DNA of 64,000 bases, from contig OY759746.1 of the NCBI GenBank assembly GCA_963662795.1, positions 1,568,001 through 1,632,000 of the forward strand, given 5' to 3'. The notes below the pieces were generated by a model. That model saw nothing but the letters and a program-made list of their open reading frames with translations, was not told where the DNA came from and ran no database searches. Of this stretch, positions 39,290 to 49,511 are shown piece by piece; position 1 is the stretch's first letter; the number at the start of each line of letters is the position of its first letter. This DNA comes from Spirochaetia bacterium (GTDB lineage Bacteria; Spirochaetota; Spirochaetia; CADAEX01). A program made the translations under genes and the position numbers.

Positions 39290-40662
39290 TGGAATCCAAT
39301 CGAATTGAATATAAAAAAGAGCTGACAGTTTCTCTTGAGAAAGAAGTGGTAGCTTTTCTTAATTCCCGTGATGGCGGTGAGCTTTTTATCGGGGTGGATA
39401 ATAACGGCACTGCTTTAGGGGTAGGCAAAAGTGATCAGCTTCAGCTGGTGATAAAAGACAGAATAAAAAACAATATTCAACCTTCTGCCCTTGGGCTCTT
39501 TGATGTTGTTCTGGAAGTAAAGACTGGTAAGGAAATTATCAGAATAATCGTGGCTGGGGGGTTGGAGAAACCTTATTATCTGCGTAAATATGGCATGACA
39601 GAAAAAGGCTGCTTTATTCGGGTAGGCAGTGCCAGCGAACCTATGTCTCAGGAGATGATTGACTCGTTTTACAGCAGAAGAATCAGAAACACAATTGGGC
39701 GGATGGAGTCAACCCGGCACAATCTGACATTTGAGCAGCTTAAAATCTATTATGAAACCAGGGGACTGCATCTGGGCACCTCGTTTATGCAAAACCTTGA
39801 ACTTCTTACACCGGAAGGGAAACCCAATTTTGCCGCATATCTGCTTGCTGATGAAAATGGTGTCTCAATCCAGGTTGCCAAATACGCTGATAAGGGGAGA
39901 GTCAATCTTGTTGAGAATATTGATTTTGGCCGATGCTCTCTAGTCAAAGCCTGTAAAAACATTATGGACCGGATGAATGTGGAAAACACCATTTATACAC
40001 GGATCAGTGTACCACTGCGGGAAGAACGCCCGATGCTCAATCCGGTTGCAATGCGCGAGGCAGTTGTCAATGCAATTGTCCATAATGACTACTCCAATGG
40101 AGGCGCTCCCAGGTTTGAATTTTTTTCGGATCGTTTGGAGATAACATCATCCGGCGGATTACCTTATGGTCTTGGGATTGATGATTTCTTTGCCGGTCAT
40201 ACTGCTCCCCGTAATAAAGAGATTATGCGGGTTTTCCGTGATCTTGAAATTGTAGAACAGCTTGGTTCAGGCATACCGCGTATTTTAATAGCTTACGGAC
40301 GGGAATGTTTTCAGCTTAGTCAAAACTTTATCCGGTTAGTGTTTCCTTATGCCGTGGGTCTTGTTGAAGATGGAAAGACGCAGCAAGAGTCACAGCAAGA
40401 GTCACAGCAAGAGTCACAGCAAGAGTCACTTGAGATGCGTATTTTGAGTGTTCTCGGGCAGGATTCAAAAAGCAAAAAAGAAATTTCTGAACAATTAGGA
40501 CAAAAACAGGTTTCCGGACAATTAAATGTTGTTATCCGCCGATTGCTTGAAAATAAAATGATTGAATATACTATTCCGGATAAACCCCCAAGCCGCTTGC
40601 AAAAGTACCGTATTACCAAAAAAGGCCGTATCAGTGTAAAAAAAGAGGGCAGCGATGAATAA
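39289..40662 (+). CDS. Schlafen/AlbA_2 + HATPase_c_4-like + winged-HTH protein
   Basis: ESNRIEYK..VAFLNSRDGGELFIGVDNNG; REAVVNAIVHNDY..DRLEITSSGGL; PRN..EQLGSG; C-terminal IEYTIPDKP..RLQKYRIT. Confidence 0.8.
   Translation: MESNRIEYKKELTVSLEKEVVAFLNSRDGGELFIGVDNNGTALGVGKSDQLQLVIKDRIKNNIQPSALGLFDVVLEVKTGKEIIRIIVAGGLEKPYYLRKYGMTEKGCFIRVGSASEPMSQEMIDSFYSRRIRNTIGRMESTRHNLTFEQLKIYYETRGLHLGTSFMQNLELLTPEGKPNFAAYLLADENGVSIQVAKYADKGRVNLVENIDFGRCSLVKACKNIMDRMNVENTIYTRISVPLREERPMLNPVAMREAVVNAIVHNDYSNGGAPRFEFFSDRLEITSSGGLPYGLGIDDFFAGHTAPRNKEIMRVFRDLEIVEQLGSGIPRILIAYGRECFQLSQNFIRLVFPYAVGLVEDGKTQQESQQESQQESQQESLEMRILSVLGQDSKSKKEISEQLGQKQVSGQLNVVIRRLLENKMIEYTIPDKPPSRLQKYRITKKGRISVKKEGSDE
40381..40428 (+). 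repeat. 12-bp tandem repeat x4 (QQES)
   Basis: (CAGCAAGAGTCA)4, in frame. Confidence 0.95.
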
Positions 40663-42355
40663 GCAAAGCGCTCAATTGCTTAAAAAACACTTCGATACTG
40701 CCCTTGAAAGCCCGGATGGTATTAAAAAACTAAAGGAGCTTATCCTCACCCTTGCCATGCAGGGCAAACTGGTAAAACAGGACCCCAAAGACCAGCCGGC
40801 AAGTGAGCTTCTTAAAGAGATACAGGCGGAGAAGGAACGGCTGATTGCAGAGGGGAAGATTAAAAAGCAGAAAGAGCTGCCGCCGGTGAAGCCGGGAGAA
40901 GTACCCTATGAAGTGCCGAAGGGGTGGGAGTGGGTGAGAAATGAAGAAATAGTAACTCTTCTTGGAGATGGCATACATGGAACTCCAATATTTGATGATA
41001 ATAGTGAGTTTTTTTTTATTAACGGTAACAATCTTAATGATGGAAAAATCGAAATAAAAGAAAACACTAAACGTGTTTCCGAAAATGAATACATGAAATA
41101 CAAGAAGAACTTGAATTATAGAACTGTTTTTGTTTCAATCAACGGAACAATTGGAAATGTAGCTTTTTATAACAATGAAAAAGTAATATTAGGAAAAAGT
41201 GCATGTTACTTTAATTTGTGTTCTGATATATCAAAGGATTTTATAAAAAAAGTAATTAATAGTAAATATTTTTTAGAATATACTTTTTCTGAAGCGACTG
41301 GGACAACTATAAAAAATGTATCACTAAAAACAATGCGCGAGTTCTTGATCCCACTTCCGCCTCTGGCTGAGCAAAAACGCATTGTTGCTAAAATTGACGA
41401 ACTCATGGCACTCTGCGACAGGCTGGAAAAAAAGCTCAAAGCCAAGAGTGAAAAACTGCTCGCAGTCCACACTGCGGCAATTAACCGCTTGATGAATGCA
41501 GCTGACAAAAATGATTTTGATACATCCTGGCAGTTTATCACATCTCACTTTGACCCGCTCTACAGCGTAAAAGAAAATGTTGCAGAGCTTAAAAAAGCCA
41601 TCCTCACCCTTGCCATGCAGGGCAAACTGGTAAAGCAGGACCCCAAAGACCAGCCGGCCAGTGAACTATTAAAAGAGATACAGGCTGAGAAGGAGCGGCT
41701 CATTAAAGAAGGGAAGATTAAAAAGCAGAAAGAACTGCCGCCCATAAAGCCGGAAAAAGTACCGTATGAGATTCCTGAGGGATGGGTTTGGACGAGATTA
41801 GGGGATATGTGCTTAAAAGTATCAGATGGATTTCACCATTCTGCAAAAAAAATATCGCAAGGAATAAGATACATTTCTGCTACGCATATTAATAACGGAT
41901 GGATAGAATGGGATAGTGGTCTTTTTGTATCTGAAAAAGAATATAATGAATTATTAAAAAAGACTGACTTAAAAAAAGGGGATATATTAATAGTTAATCG
42001 TGGGGCAGGATGTGGTGATGCAGCAATAATAAATATTAATGAAAAATTCTGTTTTCAAAATGCAGCAATTATCGGTTTTACACAAAATTTATTATTTGGA
42101 TCATATCTACTAAAATATATACATAAAAGCAAAGGTTATTTCCTTGAGAAATTTATACAAGGTGGAGCACAACCAATGCTTTCAAATAAATTGCTTGCAA
42201 CACATCCGTTTCCCATCCCCCCCCTTGCTGAACAAAAACGCATTGTCGCCAAAATTGACGAACTCATGGCACTCTGCGGCAGGCTGGAAAATAAGATAGA
42301 CCAGAAAACCGCAAAGCAGACGGCTTTATTTGATGCGGTGCTGGCTGCTATATGA
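40655..42355 (+). CDS. hsdS: Type I RM specificity subunit
   Basis: Two TRDs, each flanked by PYE.P.GW.W and PPLAEQKRIVAKIDELMALC; duplicated LAMQGKLVKQDPKDQPA. Confidence 0.95.
   Translation: MNKQSAQLLKKHFDTALESPDGIKKLKELILTLAMQGKLVKQDPKDQPASELLKEIQAEKERLIAEGKIKKQKELPPVKPGEVPYEVPKGWEWVRNEEIVTLLGDGIHGTPIFDDNSEFFFINGNNLNDGKIEIKENTKRVSENEYMKYKKNLNYRTVFVSINGTIGNVAFYNNEKVILGKSACYFNLCSDISKDFIKKVINSKYFLEYTFSEATGTTIKNVSLKTMREFLIPLPPLAEQKRIVAKIDELMALCDRLEKKLKAKSEKLLAVHTAAINRLMNAADKNDFDTSWQFITSHFDPLYSVKENVAELKKAILTLAMQGKLVKQDPKDQPASELLKEIQAEKERLIKEGKIKKQKELPPIKPEKVPYEIPEGWVWTRLGDMCLKVSDGFHHSAKKISQGIRYISATHINNGWIEWDSGLFVSEKEYNELLKKTDLKKGDILIVNRGAGCGDAAIININEKFCFQNAAIIGFTQNLLFGSYLLKYIHKSKGYFLEKFIQGGAQPMLSNKLLATHPFPIPPLAEQKRIVAKIDELMALCGRLENKIDQKTAKQTALFDAVLAAI
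40742..42291 (+). repeat. Internal direct repeats of hsdS conserved regions
   Basis: 40742-40884 resembles 41600-41742; 41366-41430 resembles 42227-42291. Confidence 0.85.
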
Positions 42356-42491
42356 CTCCTTACTTTTAACTTTTCCTGAACTAACTGTATCTCCATATAT
42401 TTAATTCAAAGGCAACTTAAACCGGTGGCAAGTGAAAGTAATATTTGGCTTTAATCTGTAAAATAGGTATTTTATACAGAAGGAGTTTAAG

Positions 42492-43223
42492 ATGAATGTT
42501 TTAATTCTTGGAGCAAGCGGCGCGACTGGCAAACAGGTAGTCCTGCAGCTTATTAAAAGAGGAATCAGTTCACGGATAGTTGTCAGGGAAAGCGCTTCTC
42601 TTCCGCAGGAAATAATTGATGCTTCGAATGTTGAAATCATCAAAGGCAGTATTACGGAATTCAGCAGTGAAAAACTTAAGGAGCTTGTGAAAGACTGCAC
42701 GGCTGTGGTATCCTGCCTCGGACACAATATTACATTTAAGGGCATGTTCGGGAAACCCCGTATGCTTGTGTATTCAACCGTAAAAAGGATATGCGGGGCA
42801 GCACAGGAAAATGGAAGTAAAAAACTGAAGTTCGTCCTTATGAGTACAACTGGCTATACAAACAGCGAAAACGGAGAAAAAAATACAACTGGGGAAAAGA
42901 TAGTTTTTTCACTGCTTAAATTACTGCTCCCGCCGCATCTGGATAATATGAAAGCCGCCGATTATCTTTTCAGAAAAATCGGAAAGGATAATGAAAAAAT
43001 AGAATGGACAGCGGTTCGGCCTGACGGATTAATTAATGAAAACACAGAGAGTAAGTACAATGTTTTTGAATCCCTGCAGAGAAGTCCGATATTCAATCCG
43101 GGACAGGTAAGCAGAATTAATGTAAGTCACTTTATGGCGGAACTGTTAACCAGTGAAGAGCTTTGGAAAAAATGGAAGTATAAAACTCCGGTTATTTATA
43201 ACGAAGAGCAGAAAGAAAAATGA
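42492..43223 (+). CDS. Atypical SDR / NAD(P)H-binding oxidoreductase
   Basis: ILGASGATG, WTAVRP, VSRINVSHF. Confidence 0.85.
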   Translation: MNVLILGASGATGKQVVLQLIKRGISSRIVVRESASLPQEIIDASNVEIIKGSITEFSSEKLKELVKDCTAVVSCLGHNITFKGMFGKPRMLVYSTVKRICGAAQENGSKKLKFVLMSTTGYTNSENGEKNTTGEKIVFSLLKLLLPPHLDNMKAADYLFRKIGKDNEKIEWTAVRPDGLINENTESKYNVFESLQRSPIFNPGQVSRINVSHFMAELLTSEELWKKWKYKTPVIYNEEQKEK

Positions 43224-43262
43224 TAAGATTGGGGAAACCAGGAGTCATAAGAAGGAGGTAAA

Positions 43263-43685
43263 ATGATTTTCGCCAATTTTCTTGCGGTATTGTTCATCCT
43301 TTTGATATCAGCGCACCTTAGCGGGGATGTTGGTTCATTCATAAATATTGACAGTGCAGTCATAGTTGCGGCTGGTTTTGTTTTCTCGTCAATAGCCCTT
43401 TCTGCAGGAAGGTTCAGCCTGCTTCTTAAGGGATTTAGTGAGATATTTAAATTCTCCTCAAATAAAACTCCAGATAATGAAATAAAAAACATGTTTTTCG
43501 GTATATCGGTTATGACAATGGGTGTCGGCATCTGTTCAACCGCGCAGGGCTTTATTTCCGGAACTTTAATAAAATCAGCGTATTCAATTTCAGAAATAAT
43601 TGTATTTTCCTCATTCACTACAATCTATAGTTTTATCCTGGTAGTTTTTATTTTGCTTCCTGTTTCATTCAGGAATATAAAATAG
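43263..43685 (+). CDS. Small membrane protein (weak MotA/TolQ-like N-terminus)
   Basis: Strong AGGAGG RBS, about 4 hydrophobic segments, SFINIDSAVIV. Confidence 0.6.
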   Translation: MIFANFLAVLFILLISAHLSGDVGSFINIDSAVIVAAGFVFSSIALSAGRFSLLLKGFSEIFKFSSNKTPDNEIKNMFFGISVMTMGVGICSTAQGFISGTLIKSAYSISEIIVFSSFTTIYSFILVVFILLPVSFRNIK

Positions 43686-43873
43686 TGAAATATATTGGAT
43701 TCTATGAATGAATAATATTATGGAAACATATAACTCCTGGCTTTATTGCTTGTTTTTATTTGACTGATGCAATATCACTTATATGTTGTTTTCCTCATCC
43801 TTTCCCGTGGAAACGATTCCCCGGGATTTCATTAGCAATCTGCAGGCTGACAATAATTAAGGAGCTTCATTTC

Positions 43874-45076
43874 ATGAGCGGCATTAAAAATATATATGGC
43901 AAACTTAACCTGCTCTCTTTCGGGATTGCCGGTTTTGTAATGTCTGCAAGAACCAGCGCTTTTTCATCAATCCGGGAAGAGTTTTCCTTAAATTATTCCA
44001 GCATTTCACTTCTTGTCCTTGTCTCGGGGATTATAATGCAGATTTCCACTTTCCTGACAGGCTATAGTTTAAGACGGTTCGGCTACAGGCTTAATACCGC
44101 AGTCTCGCTTTTGATTTTCGGTTCCTCCTTCCTCCTGATTTTTTTATCTGCCGGCTATCCGATGGTCTTTGTCTCATTCTGCATTATGCTTTTCGGGTTC
44201 GGAGCGGTTGTCCTTTCCCTCAACATGCATACAGGTTACCTTGCCGGAAAAAACAACGGGCCTGCGCTTATGAGGCTTCATCTCGGATTTTCAGTCGGCG
44301 CTCTTTTAGGGCCCAAGACAATAAGCTTTTTTATAACAAACGGAATGGACTGGCGGTTTGTCTATATCCCTGCCGCATGTCTTGTTTTTGCAATATCTGT
44401 TATTTATTTTATTCTTCCTGAAAAAAAGATGGAAATGGAAAATGAAAATGAATTATCTGAATCAGGCGTACAGGAAAAAAGTAAAGATACTTCCGCCGAC
44501 TTCAGTGTGGTTGATGGAAAAATCCTGAAAAAGGCCGTGTTTCTGTTTGTTGTTATCTTTATCGCGGGGCAGCTGTGGGAATACGGTTTTGGGACATGGT
44601 TTGTAATATTCTGCAGGCAGCACTTCAGTCTTTCAGAGATCACTTCCTCTACATATCTAACAATATTCTGGGTGTGCTTTCCCGTTAGCAGAATATCTGC
44701 CGGATATATTGTGAAGAAAACAGGGGCAGTCTCCCTGCTTGTGGTTTCGTTTATTTCCATTTTCCTGTTTGTCCTTGCGGGGTTTGTTTTTTCCGCTCCC
44801 CTGTTGTTCAGTCTGACAGATCTGTTTACGGCCCTTATTTACCCTCTCACAATGACTCTGATGCAGCAGACTCTCGGCAGGGAAAGATCCGACCTTATCG
44901 GCGTAATCAGTATGGTAGGCGGTTTTATCAACTATCTGCTTATTGCATCAGCCGGAAGCATCACGGATGTATTCGGAATTGCGGCAGGGTTCGGAAGCAC
45001 GGCGCTCTACCTGCTTGCCGGGGCCTGTGCGTCAATTATACTGGGTGTAAATATTTTATCGAAAAAAATATTATAA
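43874..45076 (+). CDS. MFS transporter (FucP-like)
   Basis: About 12 TM segments, LHLGFSVGALLGP; start at ATG 43874 after AAGGAG. Confidence 0.82.
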   Translation: MSGIKNIYGKLNLLSFGIAGFVMSARTSAFSSIREEFSLNYSSISLLVLVSGIIMQISTFLTGYSLRRFGYRLNTAVSLLIFGSSFLLIFLSAGYPMVFVSFCIMLFGFGAVVLSLNMHTGYLAGKNNGPALMRLHLGFSVGALLGPKTISFFITNGMDWRFVYIPAACLVFAISVIYFILPEKKMEMENENELSESGVQEKSKDTSADFSVVDGKILKKAVFLFVVIFIAGQLWEYGFGTWFVIFCRQHFSLSEITSSTYLTIFWVCFPVSRISAGYIVKKTGAVSLLVVSFISIFLFVLAGFVFSAPLLFSLTDLFTALIYPLTMTLMQQTLGRERSDLIGVISMVGGFINYLLIASAGSITDVFGIAAGFGSTALYLLAGACASIILGVNILSKKIL

Positions 45077-45346
45077 TTTGAATACGATAAAAGAAATGTG
45101 TAAATACTTTTTACTAAATTGAAAGGTAGTCAATATCTATCCGATTTAATATAACTGATTCATTGCTAGTTGTGGAATTCATCTGGCATTATGTTTTATC
45201 TTATTGAAAATAGTACTTTTTGTAGTTTATCCATATCCTTTTAACTTCCCGCTGCTGAAAAAATATTCAGTATTTAAACCATCACTTAAAATTTATATTT
45301 TTAATTTAGTTTTTAATGTTAATCACTGGTAGTTCAAAATATTTTG

Positions 45347-45404
45347 TTGACAATTTAGGTTTTCATGATATAATACTTATGCTGTTAACAGTTGACAGTT
45401 AACA
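45347..45404 (+). promoter_or_regulatory. Strong sigma70 promoter with downstream tandem operator
   Basis: TTGACA-16 nt-TATAAT with extended TG; (GTTRACA)x3 at 45384-45404. Confidence 0.75.
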
Positions 45405-45556
45405 AAGTAAAAGAAGAAATTAACATGCCAGTTACAATTACTTTAATGATAACATCTTTTTATTAATGGCTGTTTATGAGTTTGCAAACCTTATTGATGA
45501 TCTTAATAAATATTTAAAACAAAAATATGTTTCGGACTAAACTTATGGAGGATTGT

Positions 45557-46843
45557 ATGTCTAAAATTGTTATAAAGGATATAAAAGCAGGCGAAATAAT
45601 TGATAACAGGGGCATGCCTACCGTGCGCTCGTATGTCCGTGTAAATGATTCAGTCGCCTGGGCTGACGCGCCTAAAGGATCATCTACCGGCTCTTTTGAA
45701 GCTTTTGACCTGAGGGACGGCGGGAAAAGATACAATGGAATGGGTGTTAAAAAGGCAGTTAAAAATATTGAAGAGATAATTGCGCCTGCTTTAAGAAACC
45801 GGGAAGTATCATCATTAAATAAAATTGACAGGATAATGATTGATTTGGACGGCACGGAAAATAAATCAAAGCTGGGGGGGAATGCGATAACTGCAACATC
45901 CCTTGCCGTTGCTAAAGCTGCTGCAAAGGCTTTAGACCTGCCTCTTTATAATTATCTCAATCCGTTCGCGCATGTTCTGCCGGTCCCGCAGGCCTGTTTT
46001 ATAAACGGAGGCGTGCATGCTGACAACGGCCTGGAAACACAGGAAATGTGCGTAATGCCTGTTGGAGTCAATTCCTTTGCGGAAGCAATGGAAGTTTTAA
46101 ATGCTGTCTGGTTTTCATTAAAAGAGGTTTTAAGGAAAAATCTGGGGGGCGGGGCAAGCAATACAGGTGAAGACGGCGGATTCGCACCGCCGATTAATAA
46201 TCTTCACCAGGCAATGGATTATATCCTTGATGCTGTAAAAATTGCGTCATGCGAGGATATAGTTTTATATGGTTTTGACATGGCGGCAAGCGGTTATTTT
46301 CAAACATCAAATAACAGATATTTGTTCCAGGGAAAGGAAAGAACAAGGGAAGATATAATTGACTATTATGATGATCTTCTTGGGAAATACCCAAAGCTTG
46401 TATCCATAGAAGATCCGCTGGATGAAAATGATGTGGAAGGCTGGAGTATATTTACAAAAAAATTTCAGGACAGAATATTGATTATAGGAGATGACTTTTT
46501 TTCCACCAATATCGGCAGACTGAAAATAGGGGTAAAAAATAATGCAGGCAATGCGCTTCTTTGCAAGGTTAATCAAATCGGATCAATATCAGAAACTTTT
46601 GAGGCTGCTGGTTTTGCCCAGAGAAATAACATGTCAGTTGTCATGTCTCCGAGATCCGGTGAGACAGAAGATGATATCCTGTCAGATATAAGTGTTGCCT
46701 TAAACGCCGGGTGTTATAAAACAGGCGGAATGAGAGGAAGCGACAGGGGTTCCAATTACAACCGTTTTCTGGAAATTGAAAAAGAACTTGGAAGTGCTGC
46801 TGTTTATGCAGGAGCAGATTATTGCAGGAAAAATACTAACTAA
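45557..46843 (+). CDS. Enolase paralog with altered active site
   Basis: LDGTENKSKLGGNA, NGGVHAD, SIEDP, GDD, KVNQIG, RSGETED; variant motifs GEDGGF and SPRSG; ATG 45557 after GGAGG. Confidence 0.88.
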   Translation: MSKIVIKDIKAGEIIDNRGMPTVRSYVRVNDSVAWADAPKGSSTGSFEAFDLRDGGKRYNGMGVKKAVKNIEEIIAPALRNREVSSLNKIDRIMIDLDGTENKSKLGGNAITATSLAVAKAAAKALDLPLYNYLNPFAHVLPVPQACFINGGVHADNGLETQEMCVMPVGVNSFAEAMEVLNAVWFSLKEVLRKNLGGGASNTGEDGGFAPPINNLHQAMDYILDAVKIASCEDIVLYGFDMAASGYFQTSNNRYLFQGKERTREDIIDYYDDLLGKYPKLVSIEDPLDENDVEGWSIFTKKFQDRILIIGDDFFSTNIGRLKIGVKNNAGNALLCKVNQIGSISETFEAAGFAQRNNMSVVMSPRSGETEDDILSDISVALNAGCYKTGGMRGSDRGSNYNRFLEIEKELGSAAVYAGADYCRKNTN

Positions 46844-46856
46844 GCAGGTCTCTCAA

Positions 46857-48227
46857 ATGTATGTAAAGAACAGGGAACAGCTCCTATCCCACGGACTGGC
46901 AGAAGCCAGGGAAATGGCGGTCGAAATAATTGAAGCCTGTCTCGAAGCTGTTGATCCGTATAAGGCGGTAATAGATCAGATAAAGATAAATGATGATATA
47001 CTTTATTTTGATGAAAATAAAATTGATCTAAAAAAATTTGATAAAATATATGTGCTGGGCGCGGGAAAAGCGACATATAAAGTGGCAAGGGCAATTGATG
47101 AAATATTTTCCGGCAGAATACATCAGGGGCTTGTTGTTTTAAAAGATACCGATGAGAAAGAACTGAAGAATATCAGGATGATAAAAGGAAGACACCCGTA
47201 TCCGGATGAGAGCAGCTTTATCGCGGGAGAAGAAATAGAAAAAATAATAAAAAAAGTTAAAAAAAATGATCTGGTAATTTCTCTTATTACCGGAGGATCT
47301 TCCGCTTTATGCACAATCCCGGTGGAAGGAGTCAGCAGAAAGGATAAAATTGAAATTAATAAACTGCTTGTAACAAGCGGTGCTGATATTCTGGAAATAA
47401 ATACGGTAAGAAGACATCTTTCAAAAATAAAGGGGGGGTATTTAACCTCCTCGGTCGCCCCCGCGACTGTAATATCCTTAACAGTATCGGATGAAAAAAG
47501 AGACATATCGTGCTGGAATCATGACTGGACAGCGCCGGATAATTCAACTTTTGCAGATGCTGTAACTGTACTGAAAAAATATAAATTATGGGAATTAACA
47601 CCTGAATCCATTAAAAAGTATTTAAGAAATGGCAATAATGATAATGAAACACCCAAGAATATAACAGAAGGACAGGATATATATTATAAAATGGTGGTAA
47701 AGACAGTCGACTTATGGGAAGCCGCAAGAAGAAGGGCTTTGGAGCTGGGATTAACTCCCCAGCTATTGACAACAGTCTTAACCGGTGATTCCCTGAGTGC
47801 CGGGCGTTTCCTTGCATCTGTAGGAATATCCGCGAAAATAAATAATCTGCCGTTGAGCCCTCCATGCATGTTTTTCGTTACCGGCGAAACTTCCGTAAGG
47901 CTGGAAAGCAGTAAAAAATACGGAACCGGGGGCGCTGACCAGGAACTATCATTGGGAGGTTGTATAGATTTAACGGAAGATGAGAAAAATATACTGATCT
48001 GTTCAGTTGATACGGACGGTACTGACGGGCCGACTGATATTGCCGGTGGGATGACAGATTATTCAACAATAAACAGGGTCAGCAAAGCCGGTACTGATTT
48101 TTATGAACTGCTTGATTCACACAGTTCTTCTGAAATATTAAAGGCTTCAGGGGATTTTATTTTAACCGGTACGACCGGGACAAATGTAAATTCTTTTTCT
48201 TTTGTGATTGTTTTAAAGGACGCGTAA
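46857..48227 (+). CDS. Glycerate 2-kinase-like protein (DUF4147 + MOFRL)
   Basis: GAGKA, HPYPDE, GGSSAL, INTVRRHLSKIKGG, DTDGTDGPT, TGTNVN. Confidence 0.85.
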   Translation: MYVKNREQLLSHGLAEAREMAVEIIEACLEAVDPYKAVIDQIKINDDILYFDENKIDLKKFDKIYVLGAGKATYKVARAIDEIFSGRIHQGLVVLKDTDEKELKNIRMIKGRHPYPDESSFIAGEEIEKIIKKVKKNDLVISLITGGSSALCTIPVEGVSRKDKIEINKLLVTSGADILEINTVRRHLSKIKGGYLTSSVAPATVISLTVSDEKRDISCWNHDWTAPDNSTFADAVTVLKKYKLWELTPESIKKYLRNGNNDNETPKNITEGQDIYYKMVVKTVDLWEAARRRALELGLTPQLLTTVLTGDSLSAGRFLASVGISAKINNLPLSPPCMFFVTGETSVRLESSKKYGTGGADQELSLGGCIDLTEDEKNILICSVDTDGTDGPTDIAGGMTDYSTINRVSKAGTDFYELLDSHSSSEILKASGDFILTGTTGTNVNSFSFVIVLKDA

Positions 48228-48246
48228 TCAAAACAAGGAATATAAA

Positions 48247-49503
48247 ATGGATTTACCTGAAATATATAAAATTAAACAGATAATTAACCATCCCTTTATT
48301 GCTGATATTGATAAGGAAATAAGAAAGGAAATCAAGAAAATTGATTTAAGCAAAAAGGAAGGAAAGACAGTTGCGATTACCTGCGGCAGCAGAGGTATAA
48401 CTGACTATTTTTCCATTGTAAAATCTTTAGCTGATGTATTAAAAGAAAATTCAATGAAGCCGTTTATTGTTCCTGCCATGGGAAGTCACGGAGGAGGAAC
48501 GGCGGAAGGACAAAAAAAACTTCTGCACAATCTTGGTTTATCAGAAAAGGAATTAAAAATACCGATAAAATCATCTATGGAAGTTGTCAAAATCGGTGAA
48601 ACGGATGATGTTCCGGTTTATATAGATAAAACAGCAGCTGAAGCCGATTTTATTGTTTTATTTCATATCATAAAGGATCATCCGGATTTTTACCATAATT
48701 CATACGGAACAGGATTTCAGAAGATGCTGACAATCGGTCTTGGAAAATACAAAGGAGCCGATTGTTATCACAGGGCAATTATTTCACACGGCTTTGTAAA
48801 AATTATCAATGATGTTTCGAAGGTCGTTATTGAAAAAACAAATATTCTATTTGCTCTTGGAGTTGTTCAAAACGCATACGGCCGGACGGCAAAAATGGAA
48901 ATCTGCGAAAAAGATAAAATAACAGAAACAGAAAAAAAGCTCTTCAGGCTTGCATTGAAATATACAATGAAAATCCCGTTCGATGAATTTGATATTTTAA
49001 TTATTGATGAAATGGGCAAGGAGTACAGCGGAGCAGGATTTGAAACAAAGATTGTCGGAAGAATTGGTATGCCCTTATTAAGCAGAGAGCCGAAAAAACC
49101 AAAAATAAAACGGATTGTTGTCTGCGATATCACAAAGAAATCCGAGGGGAATGCGATAGGAATCGGAAATGCTGATTTCATAACAAAAAAACTTTATGAT
49201 AAAATAGACTTTAACTCGATGTATATAAACGCAATTGCCGCTTCTGAGGTTGAAGTCGCCAGAATCCCGGTCGTTTTGGAAAATGACAGAAAAGCCGTTG
49301 AAACTGCTATGGCAACAATTGGAAATATTGAAAGTAAAAATATTAAGCTTGTCAGAATAAAAAACACAAAAGAAATGGAGTATCTGTATATTTCAAAAGC
49401 ACTGTTAAAAGAAGTAAATGATTTAAAAAGAAAAACTGAAATAGAAATAATCAAGGAAGATTGTATGTTGCTTGATGAAGCTGATACCCTGGCAGAATTC
49501 TGA
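48247..49503 (+). CDS. Lactate-racemase-domain (DUF2088/LarA-like) protein
   Basis: VAITCGSRGI, PAMGSHGGGTAEGQ, KMLTIGLGK, DEMGK..SG, GNAIGIG. Confidence 0.75.
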   Translation: MDLPEIYKIKQIINHPFIADIDKEIRKEIKKIDLSKKEGKTVAITCGSRGITDYFSIVKSLADVLKENSMKPFIVPAMGSHGGGTAEGQKKLLHNLGLSEKELKIPIKSSMEVVKIGETDDVPVYIDKTAAEADFIVLFHIIKDHPDFYHNSYGTGFQKMLTIGLGKYKGADCYHRAIISHGFVKIINDVSKVVIEKTNILFALGVVQNAYGRTAKMEICEKDKITETEKKLFRLALKYTMKIPFDEFDILIIDEMGKEYSGAGFETKIVGRIGMPLLSREPKKPKIKRIVVCDITKKSEGNAIGIGNADFITKKLYDKIDFNSMYINAIAASEVEVARIPVVLENDRKAVETAMATIGNIESKNIKLVRIKNTKEMEYLYISKALLKEVNDLKRKTEIEIIKEDCMLLDEADTLAEF

Positions 49504-49511
49504 TCAATAAA

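Noticed and set aside
40381-40428. Possible CRISPR-like repeat
   Set aside because: Contiguous 12-bp units without spacers, in frame within a CDS; no cas genes in the window
43874-45076. MFS transporter as part of the enolase-like operon
   Set aside because: Separated by ~480 bp that contains the operon's own promoter, and composition differs; linkage not supported
26500-45200. Other TGGCA occurrences as sigma54 promoters (~26502, ~28099, ~45185)
   Set aside because: No TTGC at the required -12 spacing
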